In this document: positions 33,173 to 44,200 of the stretch, one piece after another | Layout of the letters: each line of letters opens with the position of its first letter | How positions within the stretch are numbered: position 1 is the first letter of the stretch | NCBI GenBank assembly: GCA_965215335.1 | Contig: CBDCDA010000002.1 | Span: 768,001-832,000 of the forward strand | Length of the DNA stretch: 64,000 nucleotides | Source: an uncultured Candidatus Entotheonella sp. | GTDB taxonomy: Bacteria > Tectomicrobia > Entotheonellia > Entotheonellales > Entotheonellaceae | Direction of reading: 5' to 3' | The notes under the pieces: model-generated | Databases searched by the model: none | The model's input: the letters and a program-made list of their open reading frames with translations, nothing else | Told to the model about the DNA's origin: nothing | Made by a program: the position numbers and the translations under genes

Positions 33173-33670
33173 TCACATGCTCCACACCGCTGCCGGCGGT
33201 CCGCCGGCCGTCTCCATGCGCCGGAATATCTTCTCGTCCCACGACCGGTCTCTGGTGCGGTCGAAGATGACGAGGTGGCCCGCCTCGGCGGCGCAGCGGT
33301 CCATCTTCAAGTCGCCGTTCTCGATGTGCCAGGCCGGGTCGTGATGGAAGAGACCTCACCTGGGTGGTCCAGGTGAGGTCGCATTGCAGATCATCCGGCG
33401 GGATCGTGTCGGGGTCTGAAGCGCCACTCAGCAGGGGCTCGACGACACGCCGGACACGCTCCTCCTGGAGCTTGTCGGTGAGCTGATCCCAAGTGCGTCT
33501 CGCGGCGCCGGATCAGTTGCTCCCTGACGACATGGATCGCCTCGATCGTGATGGCCCGCCCGCGGTCCCGTTCGCCTCGCAGTCGCGGTAGGCGAGGGCG
33601 TTCACCAGCCACGGCTGCCCCGTTGCTTCGGTGTGCTGGGTGAGCAGGGTTCGCGTCTCGGCGGTGGAGG
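33173..33670 (-). pseudogene. Degraded C-terminal part of an AAA ATPase / PD-(D/E)XK-like ATP-binding protein
   Basis: Fragments across frames: GQPWLVNAL, EQLIRRRETHL, DQLTDKLQEERVRRVVEPLLSG, MDRCAAEAGHLVIFDR...WDEKIFRR...VWSM*. Confidence 0.65.
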
Positions 33671-33703
33671 AGTCGCGCATGCCGTGCATTATCGCATACT
33701 CCT

Positions 33704-34891
33704 CTACTTGCCCTGCACGCCGCGCGGGTCAAAGGCGTCGCGCAGCCCGTCGCCCAGGTAGTTGAAGGCCATGACGGTGACGAAGATCAGGGCGCCGGGG
33801 ATGAGAATCCACGGGTGGAACTTGATCTGTGCGATGTCCATGGACAGCGCCAGCATGTTGCCCCAGGAGGCTTCCGGGTCCTGGATGCCGAGGCCGAGCA
33901 GGCTGAGGCCGGATTCGCCCAAGATGTAGCCGGGGATGGACATGGTGGCCGAGACGATGGCGTAGGACAGCGTGTTGGGCAGCACGTGGCGTACGATGAC
34001 GAGGCGGTCCGGCACGCCCGTGGCGCGGGCGCTGGTAATGTAATCCATCGAGGCGATGGAGAGCACCAGGCCGCGGATGGTGCGCGCCAGCCCGGCCCAG
34101 CCGATGAAGCTGAGGATGGCGATGATGGCCACGTAGGTCTGGAACGACGACCAGTCAGCGGGGATGGCGGCGCGCAGCGACAGCAGCAGGTAGAAACCCG
34201 GGATCAGCATGAGCATTTCGCACAGGCGCTGGATGGCGATGTCGGTGCGCCCGCCGAAGTAACCGGAAGCGCCGCCCACCAGCATGCCGAGAACGAAGGT
34301 GATGGCCACGCCGAGCAGCCCGACGGACAGTGAGATGCGCCCGCCGTACAGCAGCCGTGACAGCACGTCGCGCCCGAAGTTGTCGGCGCCGAGCAGGAAG
34401 AGCGTGGGCCGATTCGGGTCGTCCGGGTCGATGGTTCCCAGGCCGCGCAGGCCGAACAGGTGCACGCGGGTCTCGAACAACCCCAGCAGGCGGTAGGGGT
34501 CACCCTTGACGAAAAAGCCGACCGGGTAGGCGGCGCCGGGGATTGGGCGGTACACCTTGCGCTGGTTCACGTCGAACTCGTACGTGCTGTTGGTGATGTA
34601 AGGCCAGCGCAGGCCGTTGGCGTCGGAGACGCGCAGCCAGGTGATCATCGGTGGATGGTACGCCTTTTTGCGGGCGCTGCTGGCGTAGTGGTACGGGGCC
34701 AGGAAGTCGGCGAAGAGGGCGCTGCCGTAGAGCAGCACCAGGGTCCAGAAGCCGAGCATGGCCAGCCGGTTGCGGCGCAGCCGCAACAGGGCACGGCGCA
34801 GCGGCGAGCGCGACAGGGGCTCGGCCTCGGAGGCGGCCTGGGGTAGAGCCTTTGCCGGGCGCGGTTGGCTGTGCGATTCGACCTGTTGCAT
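33704..34891 (-). CDS. Peptide/nickel ABC transporter permease (OppC/DppC-like)
   Basis: LGADNFGRDVLSRLLYGGRISL, EAA-like YITSARATG, FNYLGDGLRDAFDPR. Confidence 0.93.
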   Translation of the reverse strand: MQQVESHSQPRPAKALPQAASEAEPLSRSPLRRALLRLRRNRLAMLGFWTLVLLYGSALFADFLAPYHYASSARKKAYHPPMITWLRVSDANGLRWPYITNSTYEFDVNQRKVYRPIPGAAYPVGFFVKGDPYRLLGLFETRVHLFGLRGLGTIDPDDPNRPTLFLLGADNFGRDVLSRLLYGGRISLSVGLLGVAITFVLGMLVGGASGYFGGRTDIAIQRLCEMLMLIPGFYLLLSLRAAIPADWSSFQTYVAIIAILSFIGWAGLARTIRGLVLSIASMDYITSARATGVPDRLVIVRHVLPNTLSYAIVSATMSIPGYILGESGLSLLGLGIQDPEASWGNMLALSMDIAQIKFHPWILIPGALIFVTVMAFNYLGDGLRDAFDPRGVQGK

Positions 34892-34896
34892 GGCCC

Positions 34897-36765
34897 TCAA
34901 CCATAGCTGATGCGGGGATCGATCCAGGCGAGCAGGATGTCGGCGAGCAGGTTGCCGACGACCAGCAGCAGCGCGCTCACCAGCGAGCTCGCCATCACCA
35001 GGTAGATGTCGTAGGAGCGCACCGCCTTGAGCATGAGCTGGCCGATGCCGGGGTAGCTGAAGATGATCTCGACCAGCGCCGAGCCGCCGATCATGGCGGG
35101 CAGCAGGGAGCCGAACCCGGCCACGAACGGCGTCATGGCGTTACGCAGGATGTGCTTGTAGTTCACCACCGTGTTGGACAACCCCTTGGCGCGCGCGGTG
35201 ACCACGAACGGCATGTTGCGCTTGTCCAGGAACTCCGCCCGCAGCACGCGCACCAGGCCGGCCATGGCGCCGGTGCCCAGCACCACCACCGGCAGCACCA
35301 GGTGGCGGGCGATGTCCATCATGCGCTCCCAGCGGCTCATCTCGTAGTAATGGGCCGAGGTCAACCCGCCGATGGGGAACAGTTCGTACAGCAGGTGGTT
35401 GGGGCTGAAGTCGTACGTCAGGGTGGTGGCGTAGAGCAGCAGCAGCGCGAAGAAGAACGACGGGATGGCCATGCCCATGTACGCCATGAAGCCGAAGACC
35501 TTGTCGCTCAGCGAGTACGGGTGGGTGGCCGAGTAGATGCCGATCGGCAGCGCCAGCAGCCAGGTGAACAGGACGGCGAAGACGTTCAGCAGCACGGTGT
35601 TTTTCAGGAACGGCCACATGGTGGACCACACCGGCTGGCGGTTCTCGATGGACTTGCCGAAGTTGGGCGCGCCGATGCTGAAGCCGCTGCCGGCCTTGAC
35701 GAGGCGGATTTCATCCACCCGCAGGGAGCCGGGCGCGTCGCTGCGAAAGCCGATGGGCCCCATGCGGGTGGTATCGACGCCGGCGGCTCGCAGGTCAGCG
35801 AAAGGCACGTAGACGGTCCGGGTGGTGTTGGCGGGCAGGGTGACGGGGGTTTCGTAGACGCCGTTCGCGGTGTCGTGCAGGGCGAGGCGGACGGTCATGT
35901 CCCGCGCCGCCGGCGGCCGCACCGTGAACGCGACGCGGTCGCAGCGGCCGGGGTCGAGCAGGCCGTCGGGGAACTGATTGCGCAGCAGGACCCGCCGTTT
36001 GCTCGGATCGAGGGTGTGGCGGGTGGTGGCCAGCCGGGTATCGCCGGCAAACCAGGCGGCCTGCAATTCCGCCGGCATGCCGCCGTATTGCTGCGCGAAC
36101 AGCATGAACCCCTTGAGATGCTGCCGGTCGACGCTGAAGCGGGCGTAGTCGGTGTCCGACAGGGTGATCGAGGCTGGTGTGCCGGTGGCGATGAAGCGCC
36201 GTTCGACCAGCGCCTTGCCGGCCGCGTCCTGAATCCGCAGGAAAACATCCGCGCCGGCAGTCGTGTCGTTGCGCAGTTCCATCTCCAGCGCCTGGAAGTC
36301 CTCGACGGACCAGTGGTTGCTCGGGTGCTCGCTCGCCGCGTTGGGGTTGTCCGTCCTGCCCAGCACGCCCGTGGCGTCGAGGGCGTCGAAATTGAAGGCG
36401 AGGGCGAATGACCCCGCGTCCCGCAGCCGGACGTGGATGGGCGTGGCATCGCCCTGAATATCGTAGGCATCGCGGTTTTCGGCCAGCGTGTCGTACTCGA
36501 AATCGCCGATGCGAATCCGCTCGTTGGCGAAGCGCACGTCGAACAGGACGCCCCGCAGCCAGTGGACGTATTGCGTGATCCAGCCTTTGTCGGCGCCGAA
36601 CTCGCGTTTCCACTGGCGCAACTGCCGCTGGTCGAGGTCGGGCTGCAGGGACCACTGGTCGAAAAAATCGCCGGGAGCGATCTGGATCATCATGAAAATG
36701 ACGAAGGTGAGGCCGAGGAGCAGCGGGATGGTGATCAGCATGCGTTGGACGATGTAGGTGTACAT
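34897..36765 (-). CDS. Peptide/nickel ABC transporter permease (OppB/DppB-like) with large extracytoplasmic insertion
   Basis: APGD N-terminal domain, FGKS, TARAKGL, KHILRNA, DPRISY; 622 aa, about twice the usual length. Confidence 0.9.
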   Translation of the reverse strand: MYTYIVQRMLITIPLLLGLTFVIFMMIQIAPGDFFDQWSLQPDLDQRQLRQWKREFGADKGWITQYVHWLRGVLFDVRFANERIRIGDFEYDTLAENRDAYDIQGDATPIHVRLRDAGSFALAFNFDALDATGVLGRTDNPNAASEHPSNHWSVEDFQALEMELRNDTTAGADVFLRIQDAAGKALVERRFIATGTPASITLSDTDYARFSVDRQHLKGFMLFAQQYGGMPAELQAAWFAGDTRLATTRHTLDPSKRRVLLRNQFPDGLLDPGRCDRVAFTVRPPAARDMTVRLALHDTANGVYETPVTLPANTTRTVYVPFADLRAAGVDTTRMGPIGFRSDAPGSLRVDEIRLVKAGSGFSIGAPNFGKSIENRQPVWSTMWPFLKNTVLLNVFAVLFTWLLALPIGIYSATHPYSLSDKVFGFMAYMGMAIPSFFFALLLLYATTLTYDFSPNHLLYELFPIGGLTSAHYYEMSRWERMMDIARHLVLPVVVLGTGAMAGLVRVLRAEFLDKRNMPFVVTARAKGLSNTVVNYKHILRNAMTPFVAGFGSLLPAMIGGSALVEIIFSYPGIGQLMLKAVRSYDIYLVMASSLVSALLLVVGNLLADILLAWIDPRISYG

Positions 36766-36884
36766 GGGTGGTTCCTGGGAGCTGAACATCCAGCCCGCGT
36801 GCGGGCCAGAGGCCCGCACGCCCGGGAGGTGCCAACGACTTCACAAACTCGGAATGCAAGCCCTGACGATCCGAGAAGGCGCTA

Positions 36885-37726
36885 GGCTCAGGACCTATAA
36901 AGGGTTATCATTGAACATATCGGATTCAAGACCCTGACTCCATGGGGAGGTTCATCATGCCCGATCATCACTTCTGGCTCTCCGATGCGCAGTTTGCCCG
37001 ACTCCAACCCCTGCTACCCAACAAGGTGCGCGGCGTCCCGCGCGTCGATGACCGAAAGGTCATCAGCGGCATCATCCACGTCATTCGATACGGTCTGATG
37101 TGGCGCCACGCGCCCGCCTGCTACGGTCCCCACAAGACGCTCTACAACCGCTTCGTGCGCTGGAGCAAGGCCGGTGTCTTCGACCGCATCTTCCAAACCC
37201 TGGCCGCCGACAGCACGGCCACCGAGACCGTCATGATCGACAGCACGCATCTCAAGGCGCATCGCACCGCTGCCAGCCTGCTCGAGGGGGGCTTTTCCGC
37301 GCCATGTCGGGCGTACCCGAGGCGGCCTCAACTCGAAACTTCACGCCGTCTGCGACGGCGACGGCAAGCCCGTCGTCATGGTGTTGACTGCGGGCCGGGT
37401 CAGCGACTATCGCGGGGCGGACATGGCGCCGCCCGCATTGCCGGAGGCCGACGTGCTGATTGCCGACAAGGGTTATGACAGCAACCGGCTGCGCAAGGCG
37501 CTTGCCGAGCGCAAGATCAAGCCCTGTATTCCAGGCCGTGCCAATCGTAAAGAGCCGATTGTCTACGACACGGAGCTCTACAAGAGCCGTAATCTCATCG
37601 AGCGCCTGTTCGGTCGCCTCAAGGATTGGCGCCGTATCGCCACACGCCATGATCGCTGTGCGCACACTTTCTACAGCGCCATCTGTATTGCTGCCACGGT
37701 CATCTTCTGGTTATGAGTCCTGAACC
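36885..37726 (+). mobile_element. IS5-family two-ORF element (IS427-like), copy 1
   Basis: IRs GGCTCAGGAC / GTCCTGAACC; TA duplication; YGPHKTLYNRF, IDSTH, ADKGYDS, RNLIERLFGRLKDWRRIATR. Confidence 0.93.
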
Positions 37727-37751
37727 TAACTCACCAGCCACTGACCCTTAG

Positions 37752-39560
37752 TCACTGAACGTAAAGGTAACGCACGTCGAACAGGCCGTACAGCGTCGGC
37801 GTCACGTTTCCGTATGCGTTGCGCACCGCGGTGATGCGCTCGGCGAGGGCGGTGTAGATCACCGGCAGGCTGTCGGAGGCGATCTGCTGGAACTCGTGGT
37901 AGATGGCATGGCGTGTCGTCTGATTCATCTCGCGGCTGCCACGCACGAACAACTCGTTGATGGCCGCTTCCCACGGGGTGGCCGGTGTCTCCTGCAGCGG
38001 ATGCCACAGGTGCAGGCGCTCCGACGAGTGCCACAGGTTGATGGCGCCGTGCGGCTCGACGCCGCCGGTGAAGCCGATGACGATGGCCTCCCAGTCGTAG
38101 GTGCTCACCAACTGTGACACCAGCGTGTTGAATTCCATGAAGCGGGTATTGGCCTGCACGCCGACCTTCGCGAGGTCCTGTTTCAGCAGCGTGCAGACCT
38201 TCTCGCGGATGTCGTTGCCGGAATTCGTCGCCAGCGTGAAGGACAGGGTGTTGCCCTCGTCGTCCTCGCGGAACCCGTCGCCGTCCAGGTCGAACCAGCC
38301 GAGGCCGTCGAGCAGGTTGTTGGCGCGTTTCAGGTCGTAGGCGTACTGGGTGACGTCCGGGTTGTGGAACGGCCCCGCCGCCGGGCTGATGGCGGCCCAT
38401 TGCGGGTAGCCCAAGCCGTTCATGACGTTGTCGATGATGCTGTCTTTATCGACGCTGTGGGCGACGGCCTTGCGGAAATCGGGATTCGTGAACCACTTCA
38501 GCTTGGCCGGCTGCACGAACGCCCGGTCGTTGTCGGGGTTCTTGCCCCGGTTCTGGTTGAAGGCCAGGAAGGTGGTGCCGAAATTCGGTCCTTGGTGGTG
38601 CAGGGTGAAGTTCTTGGCAGCCTCCTCCGGCTTCAGGACCGGGTACTGGTCGCCCGTGACGCCGAGGACGTCGGTCTCGCCGGCCTGGAATTTGAGCACC
38701 GCCGCGGCGATGTCCTGCACCACCAGATAGACGACCTGGTCCAGGTAGGGCAGGGCATTGCCCGCCGCGTCTTTCTTCCAGTATAGCGGGTTCTTGCGCA
38801 GCACGATGCGCTCCCCGACGTCGTATCGCGCGATGGTGAACGGCCCCGTGCCGATGATCTCGCCGGGATCGGTCCCCACGTCCCAGGTGGAGGTGAAGCT
38901 GCCGTCGTCGACGTGTTTTTCCAGAATGTGCCTGGGATAAATGGGGGTGCCCATGGTGCGCAGGAACGGCGCGAAGGGTACGGGCAGGGTGAAGCGGACG
39001 GTATGGTCGTCGATCCTGGCGACGGCGATCTGCCCGCGCTGCCATTCCTGCGTGGCCTCGTCGAGGTGGCGGATCGTCAGGCCGGGTCGTGCCGAGGCGG
39101 GGACGTCGTCGTTGTAGATGATGCGTTGGAAGGTGAAGAGGACATCGTCAGCGGTGAACGGCGTGCCGTCGGACCACTGGACACCCTGGCGCAGGTAAAA
39201 CGTCCACACCAGGCCATCGTCGGAGCGTTCCCAACGCTCGGCCAGATTGCCCTCCACGCGGGCCGTCAGCCAGGAAGATTCGGTCAGACCCTCGAACAGG
39301 TAATTCAGGATTTCCGTGGATGACGTTTCCGTCGAGATCGCCAGGTTGAAGGTCTTCGGTCCGCTGATCGTGGAATGCGTCAACGAGCCGCCCGGCTTGC
39401 CGACCACGTAGCGAAACTCGGTCGCGTTCTGATTGAGCCGCTCGAACAGCGCGTCGCCGCTGTCTCCCTGGCCGAGCGCCGTCCCACTGCAGCCGATCGC
39501 CAGGGCCCCGAACGCCAGTAACGCAATCCCTCTCTTGAAACGCCCTGCAACGGTACGCAT
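37752..39560 (-). CDS. ABC transporter substrate-binding protein, family 5
   Basis: Signal peptide; LFEGL, WSDGTPFTADDVLFT, GTGPF, NPLYW, FRKAVAHSVD. Confidence 0.93.
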   Translation of the reverse strand: MRTVAGRFKRGIALLAFGALAIGCSGTALGQGDSGDALFERLNQNATEFRYVVGKPGGSLTHSTISGPKTFNLAISTETSSTEILNYLFEGLTESSWLTARVEGNLAERWERSDDGLVWTFYLRQGVQWSDGTPFTADDVLFTFQRIIYNDDVPASARPGLTIRHLDEATQEWQRGQIAVARIDDHTVRFTLPVPFAPFLRTMGTPIYPRHILEKHVDDGSFTSTWDVGTDPGEIIGTGPFTIARYDVGERIVLRKNPLYWKKDAAGNALPYLDQVVYLVVQDIAAAVLKFQAGETDVLGVTGDQYPVLKPEEAAKNFTLHHQGPNFGTTFLAFNQNRGKNPDNDRAFVQPAKLKWFTNPDFRKAVAHSVDKDSIIDNVMNGLGYPQWAAISPAAGPFHNPDVTQYAYDLKRANNLLDGLGWFDLDGDGFREDDEGNTLSFTLATNSGNDIREKVCTLLKQDLAKVGVQANTRFMEFNTLVSQLVSTYDWEAIVIGFTGGVEPHGAINLWHSSERLHLWHPLQETPATPWEAAINELFVRGSREMNQTTRHAIYHEFQQIASDSLPVIYTALAERITAVRNAYGNVTPTLYGLFDVRYLYVQ

Positions 39561-39726
39561 AGGTTCTCCCGCCTTGTGGTATGGTGTATCGTGATGTCAT
39601 TTCGGCAACGCATGCATCCCAGCCATCCTGGCAATTGCAAAGGCTTGCTGTCAAGAGGCACGTGGCAACCTGCCCTTCCAACAGATAGTTGCTCATTTGG
39701 ATTTCATTTACGACAAAAGGTGCGTC

Positions 39727-40533
39727 GTGCGACCTGTCGTTCTGCAATACGAGCCGTGGATACGCCTGGGCGGCTTTGGCGTCGCCTTCCTGGCAGTGGC
39801 ACTGGCTGAGCGCTGCGCGCCGCGGCGCCGGGCGGGTACGGCCACCGCGCCGCGCTGGGTCGCCAATCTGGGGCTGGTGGTAGTGGACAGTCTGATGCTG
39901 CGCCTGTTGTCCGTGGCGTCAGCCGTAGGCACGGCCTCGGCCGTCGAGGCGCAGGGCTGGGGGCTGTTCAACCGCCTGTTCTGGCCCGTCTGGCTCGCTG
40001 GCCTGGTGGCGGTGGTGATCCTGGATTTCGCCATCTACCTGCAGCACGTCCTGCTTCACGCCGTGCCGGTGCTGTGGCGCTTCCATCGGGTACACCACAG
40101 CGACCGCGATTTCGACGTCACCACCGGGGTGCGCTTTCACCCGGTGGAAATCCTGCTTTCCCTGATCTACAAGATGGGCATCGTCGCCGTCCTTGGACTG
40201 CCGGCGGTCGCCGTTCTCGCCTTTGAGGTCAGCCTCAACGCCACCAGCCTGTTCAACCACGGCAACGTGTTCCTGCCCGCCAGGGCAGACCGGATGCTGA
40301 GATGGTTCCTGGTGACCCCCGACATGCACCGTGTGCATCACTCGCCCGTGCGCGTCGAGACCAACAGCAATTTCGGATTCAACCTGTCCTGGTGGGACCG
40401 CCTGTTCGGCACCTACCGAGCCCAGCCGGCGGCCGGCCACGACGCCATGGCCATCGGTCTTGACGACTTCCGACAACCCGACCGCTGGCCGCTCTTGGGC
40501 CTGCTTGCGATGCCGTTCCGGCGTGCATTATAG
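39727..40533 (+). CDS. Sterol desaturase / fatty acid hydroxylase family protein
   Basis: His boxes HVLLH, HRVHHSD, FNH, HRVHHS; NFGFNLSWWDRLFGT. Confidence 0.92.
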   Translation: MRPVVLQYEPWIRLGGFGVAFLAVALAERCAPRRRAGTATAPRWVANLGLVVVDSLMLRLLSVASAVGTASAVEAQGWGLFNRLFWPVWLAGLVAVVILDFAIYLQHVLLHAVPVLWRFHRVHHSDRDFDVTTGVRFHPVEILLSLIYKMGIVAVLGLPAVAVLAFEVSLNATSLFNHGNVFLPARADRMLRWFLVTPDMHRVHHSPVRVETNSNFGFNLSWWDRLFGTYRAQPAAGHDAMAIGLDDFRQPDRWPLLGLLAMPFRRAL

Positions 40534-40539
40534 GTCCGA

Positions 40540-41125
40540 TTAGCGAAGCGTGATCCGACGTTCCGCGTTAGCCTTTGCGGCGGTGGTGCAGTATTGGGAC
40601 AGGGCGGCCATGGAGGGATGGTTGGCCGAAACCGCAGACGGCAGGTTTTCATATCTGTGCAGCAATTCCGACTCCGATAGCTGTCGGGGCCAGTCCAGGT
40701 TCAGGGTAATGATACCGTTATCGTCGATTCTGATTGCACCGATATCCAGAAAATTGGCGAGGTCTCTGACCCACGCGCGTCTGGGGTATTTGAGGTTATG
40801 GTATGCACCGGAAGTGCGATGAAGCAAAACCGTGATGTCCAGGGTGGGCGAATCAAGCAGAGATTCCAGGACACATAACTGGCGCTCGGCCAGGACCCGG
40901 CGACGCGGGCTGCGCAACTGTCCAAACAGGGATTGGGCAAACTGCCGAAACAGGGTTCTCTTGTTATGGTCCACGATGCTTGCGGCAACCGCATTGCATC
41001 GCGCCGAGACCGCAGGCAGCGCAAATCTCAGAAAGGGCGTCAGGTCATGGCCTTTGCGGCGGGATTCGGACATTGCCGCTAAGTAGTCGTCTTTGTGCTC
41101 ATAGTTTGTGCTCATAGTAGTAAGT
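40540..41125 (-). pseudogene. C-terminal remnant of a probable Fic-family protein
   Basis: YYYEHKDDYLAAMSESRR..DLTPFLRFAL followed by a wHTH-like tail; N-terminus including the Fic motif is absent; 13-bp tandem duplication at 41093-41118. Confidence 0.55.
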
Positions 41126-41207
41126 GATGTTACGCACCGTTTGAGTCATGAACAGGATGAGGAACCATGAACAGAGAACTCATAGACCTCTACAGTGATT
41201 ACCTCTT
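41126..41207 (+). mobile_element. Left-end stub of a probable IS701-family element
   Basis: GAGGA RBS, then MNRELIDLYSDYLL (ATG 41167), which resembles IS701 transposase N-termini; cut by the next IS. Confidence 0.5.
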
Positions 41208-44200
41208 GAGCCTTTTGCAAAATGGACAAGCGCGCCAGGATTATTGATAGAAAGAAGCCGGAAAAGGGCTGATCGTACGTAAGCGTTCAGGGGGGCCAAG
41301 TGTGCAGGTATCTATTGCAGACGGCCCTATTATGGGCTACGGTCACACTCGTTTTTCGCTCTCCCGTTGTCCTTCTCAGGAAGTCCCGAATGGAACCGTC
41401 GATACCGCCTGAGTCGCTGTCGCAAACCGATTGGCAGCACACACCACCGGCTGTACAAGCCTATCTCTTCACCCTGCACCAACGCCTGGCCCAACTCCAG
41501 GAACAAATCGACCAACTCCAAAAGCGCTTGCAACGCACGTCCAAGACATCCGACAAACCACCCTCGTCGGATTCACCCTTCCAAAGACCTGTCAGCAAGC
41601 AAGACAAGCCCCCAGGCAAACGGGGCGCACGAATGGGCCATCCTGGGTCAGGCTCCAGATTGCTCCGTCCCACCGAGCGGCGGGCCATCCATCCCGGACC
41701 TTGTGCCTGCGGCCAGGGCGTACCTGGCCAGACAGCGCCGTATCACCTCCATCAGGTCATGGAGTTGCCACCCATGGCGTTGCACGTCACCCACTGGGTC
41801 TTGCACCAAGGCCGATGTTCAGGCTGTGGCCGGCTGCTCAAGGCCCGCCTCCCCAAGGCGCAGCAAACCGGCCATGGCCCGCGTCTGACGGCCTTGATTG
41901 GCGAACTCAGTGCCATGCACCGCATCTCCCGGCGCGGCGTACAGGATTTCTGTCGCTCGGTGTTGGGTGCGCCAATCAGCCTGGGGGCGATTCAGCGTCT
42001 CATCGACCGTACCTCCCTGGCTATTGTGCCGCACGATGCGGCCATGGCTCGCTTGGCCCGCAAGGCACGGGTGGGCTACGTTGACGAGATGCCCTGGTAC
42101 TGCCGCCATGCCTTGCAATGGCTCTGGAGCATGGTCACGGATACCGTCGCCCTGTACCGTATTCATCCCAAGCGTTCGCAGGAAGCCTTCGGGTCTTTGA
42201 TCAAGGATTGGCGCGGCATCCTGGTCAGTGACGGCTACGGGGTGTATCAAGCCTGGGGCAATGCTCGTCAGACCTGCTTGGCGCATCTCATTCGTCGTGC
42301 CCGGGAGTTGTCGCAGCGACAGGTTCCTGGCCTTGCTGCCTGTGGCAAGGCGGTCCTGCAGGAACTCCAGCGTTTGTGTCAGATGGCTCACGCGCCGCCA
42401 AGTGGGGGGGCAATGGCAGGCATGGTATGCGCGGTTGTGTCGTCTGATGAAACGCTATGGGCTGCGCCCTGATGATGGCGGTCGTCTGGTGAGGTGCTTA
42501 CGGCGCGAGTTGGGTTCGTTGTGGGTGTTTCTCAACGAGTCGGGAGTTGAGCCGACCAACAACCGGGCGGAGCGCGCCTTGCGCTTTGGCGTGTTGTGGC
42601 GCAAGAGTTCCTTGGGTACGGCGAGTATCAAGGGCAATGCCTGGGTGCAACGGAGTCTGTCGCTGCGTCAGACATGTCGGCAACTGGAACAATCGACCTT
42701 CTCGGTGTTGGTTGACGCCCTTGAGGCGTTCATGCACGACCGTCCGCCTGACCTCTCTTGGCTCTACGATAACCCCTCCCATTGCACGGCCCTCTGAACG
42801 CTTACGATCGTACTGGGACAAGGCCGTCTCTCCTTCGTATCATGGGGTCTTCGACCCCCCACATGACAAGGAGAGAGCAACCATGTCCCTACGTGCCATC
42901 CTATCGAATTATGGGTTCATCTTCCAACGAGAGCTTTTCCCTGCACTCAAAGAAGAACTGGGTCCCTTGGGGGACCGCTACTCGTCCTTGATCACCGTGC
43001 TTGAGTTCGTACAGATTGAGAGACTGCTGCCGTATGTCCGGGGCCTGCCGGGACGTCCGCAGGAAGACCGGGCAACGCTGGCGCGGGCGTTCATGGCCAA
43101 GGCGTTGTTCGCTATTCCAACCACCCGGGCGCTTGTCGAACGGCTTGCTATCGACCGCCCGCTGCGTCGTCTGTGTGGCTGGACCACACCTGGCGAGGTG
43201 CCCAGCGAGGCGACGTTCTCGCGTGCCTTTGGCGCCTTCGCCGACAGCGCCTTGCCGAGCCGCCTGCACGAGGCGCTGATCAACAACACCCTGCAGGACC
43301 GTCTCGTCGGTCACGTCTCGCGTGATTCGACGGCCATCGAGGGGCGTGAGAAACCAACGCCGAAGAAGAAATTGGCCAAGCCCAAGCGGGGGCGCGGTCG
43401 TCCACGCAAGGGTGAGGAACGACCGAAGCAACCTCGCCGACTGCAACGCCAGCCGTTGATGACCCTGAGCGAGATGCTCGCCGACCTGCCACGCGACCCT
43501 GACGTCGGCGTCAAGCAAAACGCCAAGGGACACCATGAATCCTGGGTCGGCTACAAGTTGCATATCGATGTGGCGGACGGTGGGATTCCGATCAGTTGTC
43601 TGCTGACCTCGGCCTCCCTGCATGACAGCCAGGCAGCGATTCCCTTGGCTACCCTGACGGCGGCGCGGGTCACCAATCTGTACGACCTGATGGACTCGGC
43701 CCATGATGCGCCCGAAATCAGGACCTGCAGCGCGTCACTCGGGCACGTAGTGATCATTGACGTCAATCCCCGCTGCGTCGCGCGCAAGCTGGCCTTGAAA
43801 ACGGAGGCACGGGCGCAGCGCACCGTCGGCCACTTGTCGGCCGAGAAATTGCGCTACCGCGAACGCTCGACGGTTGAACGGGTCAACAGCCGTCTCAAGG
43901 ACGACTTCGGTGGTCGCCAAGTACGGGTGCGCGGTCCTGCCAAGGTGCTGTGCCACCTGATGTTTGGCCTGTTGGCACTGACGGTGGAGCAGTTGCTACG
44001 CCTGCTTCCCTGATTCCAGGAGGGTGTGCGCTCATGGCAGGACAGGAGAGGACAGGCCTGTCCGCGTGCTACAAAAGGGACGCCCCATCGTCTTCGAGAG
44101 CCGGGCAATACGTGGCGGCGCAGTTGTCCTGACGGCGCATCCGACGTCGAAACGTCCCCACCTCTCGACGGCCGCGAATTTTGCTCTCGACGATCCAGAG

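Noticed and set aside
42547..44013. 488-aa apparent IS66-transposase fusion
   Set aside because: The first 112 codons are mostly an alternative frame of the IS66 end; the real start is ATG 42883
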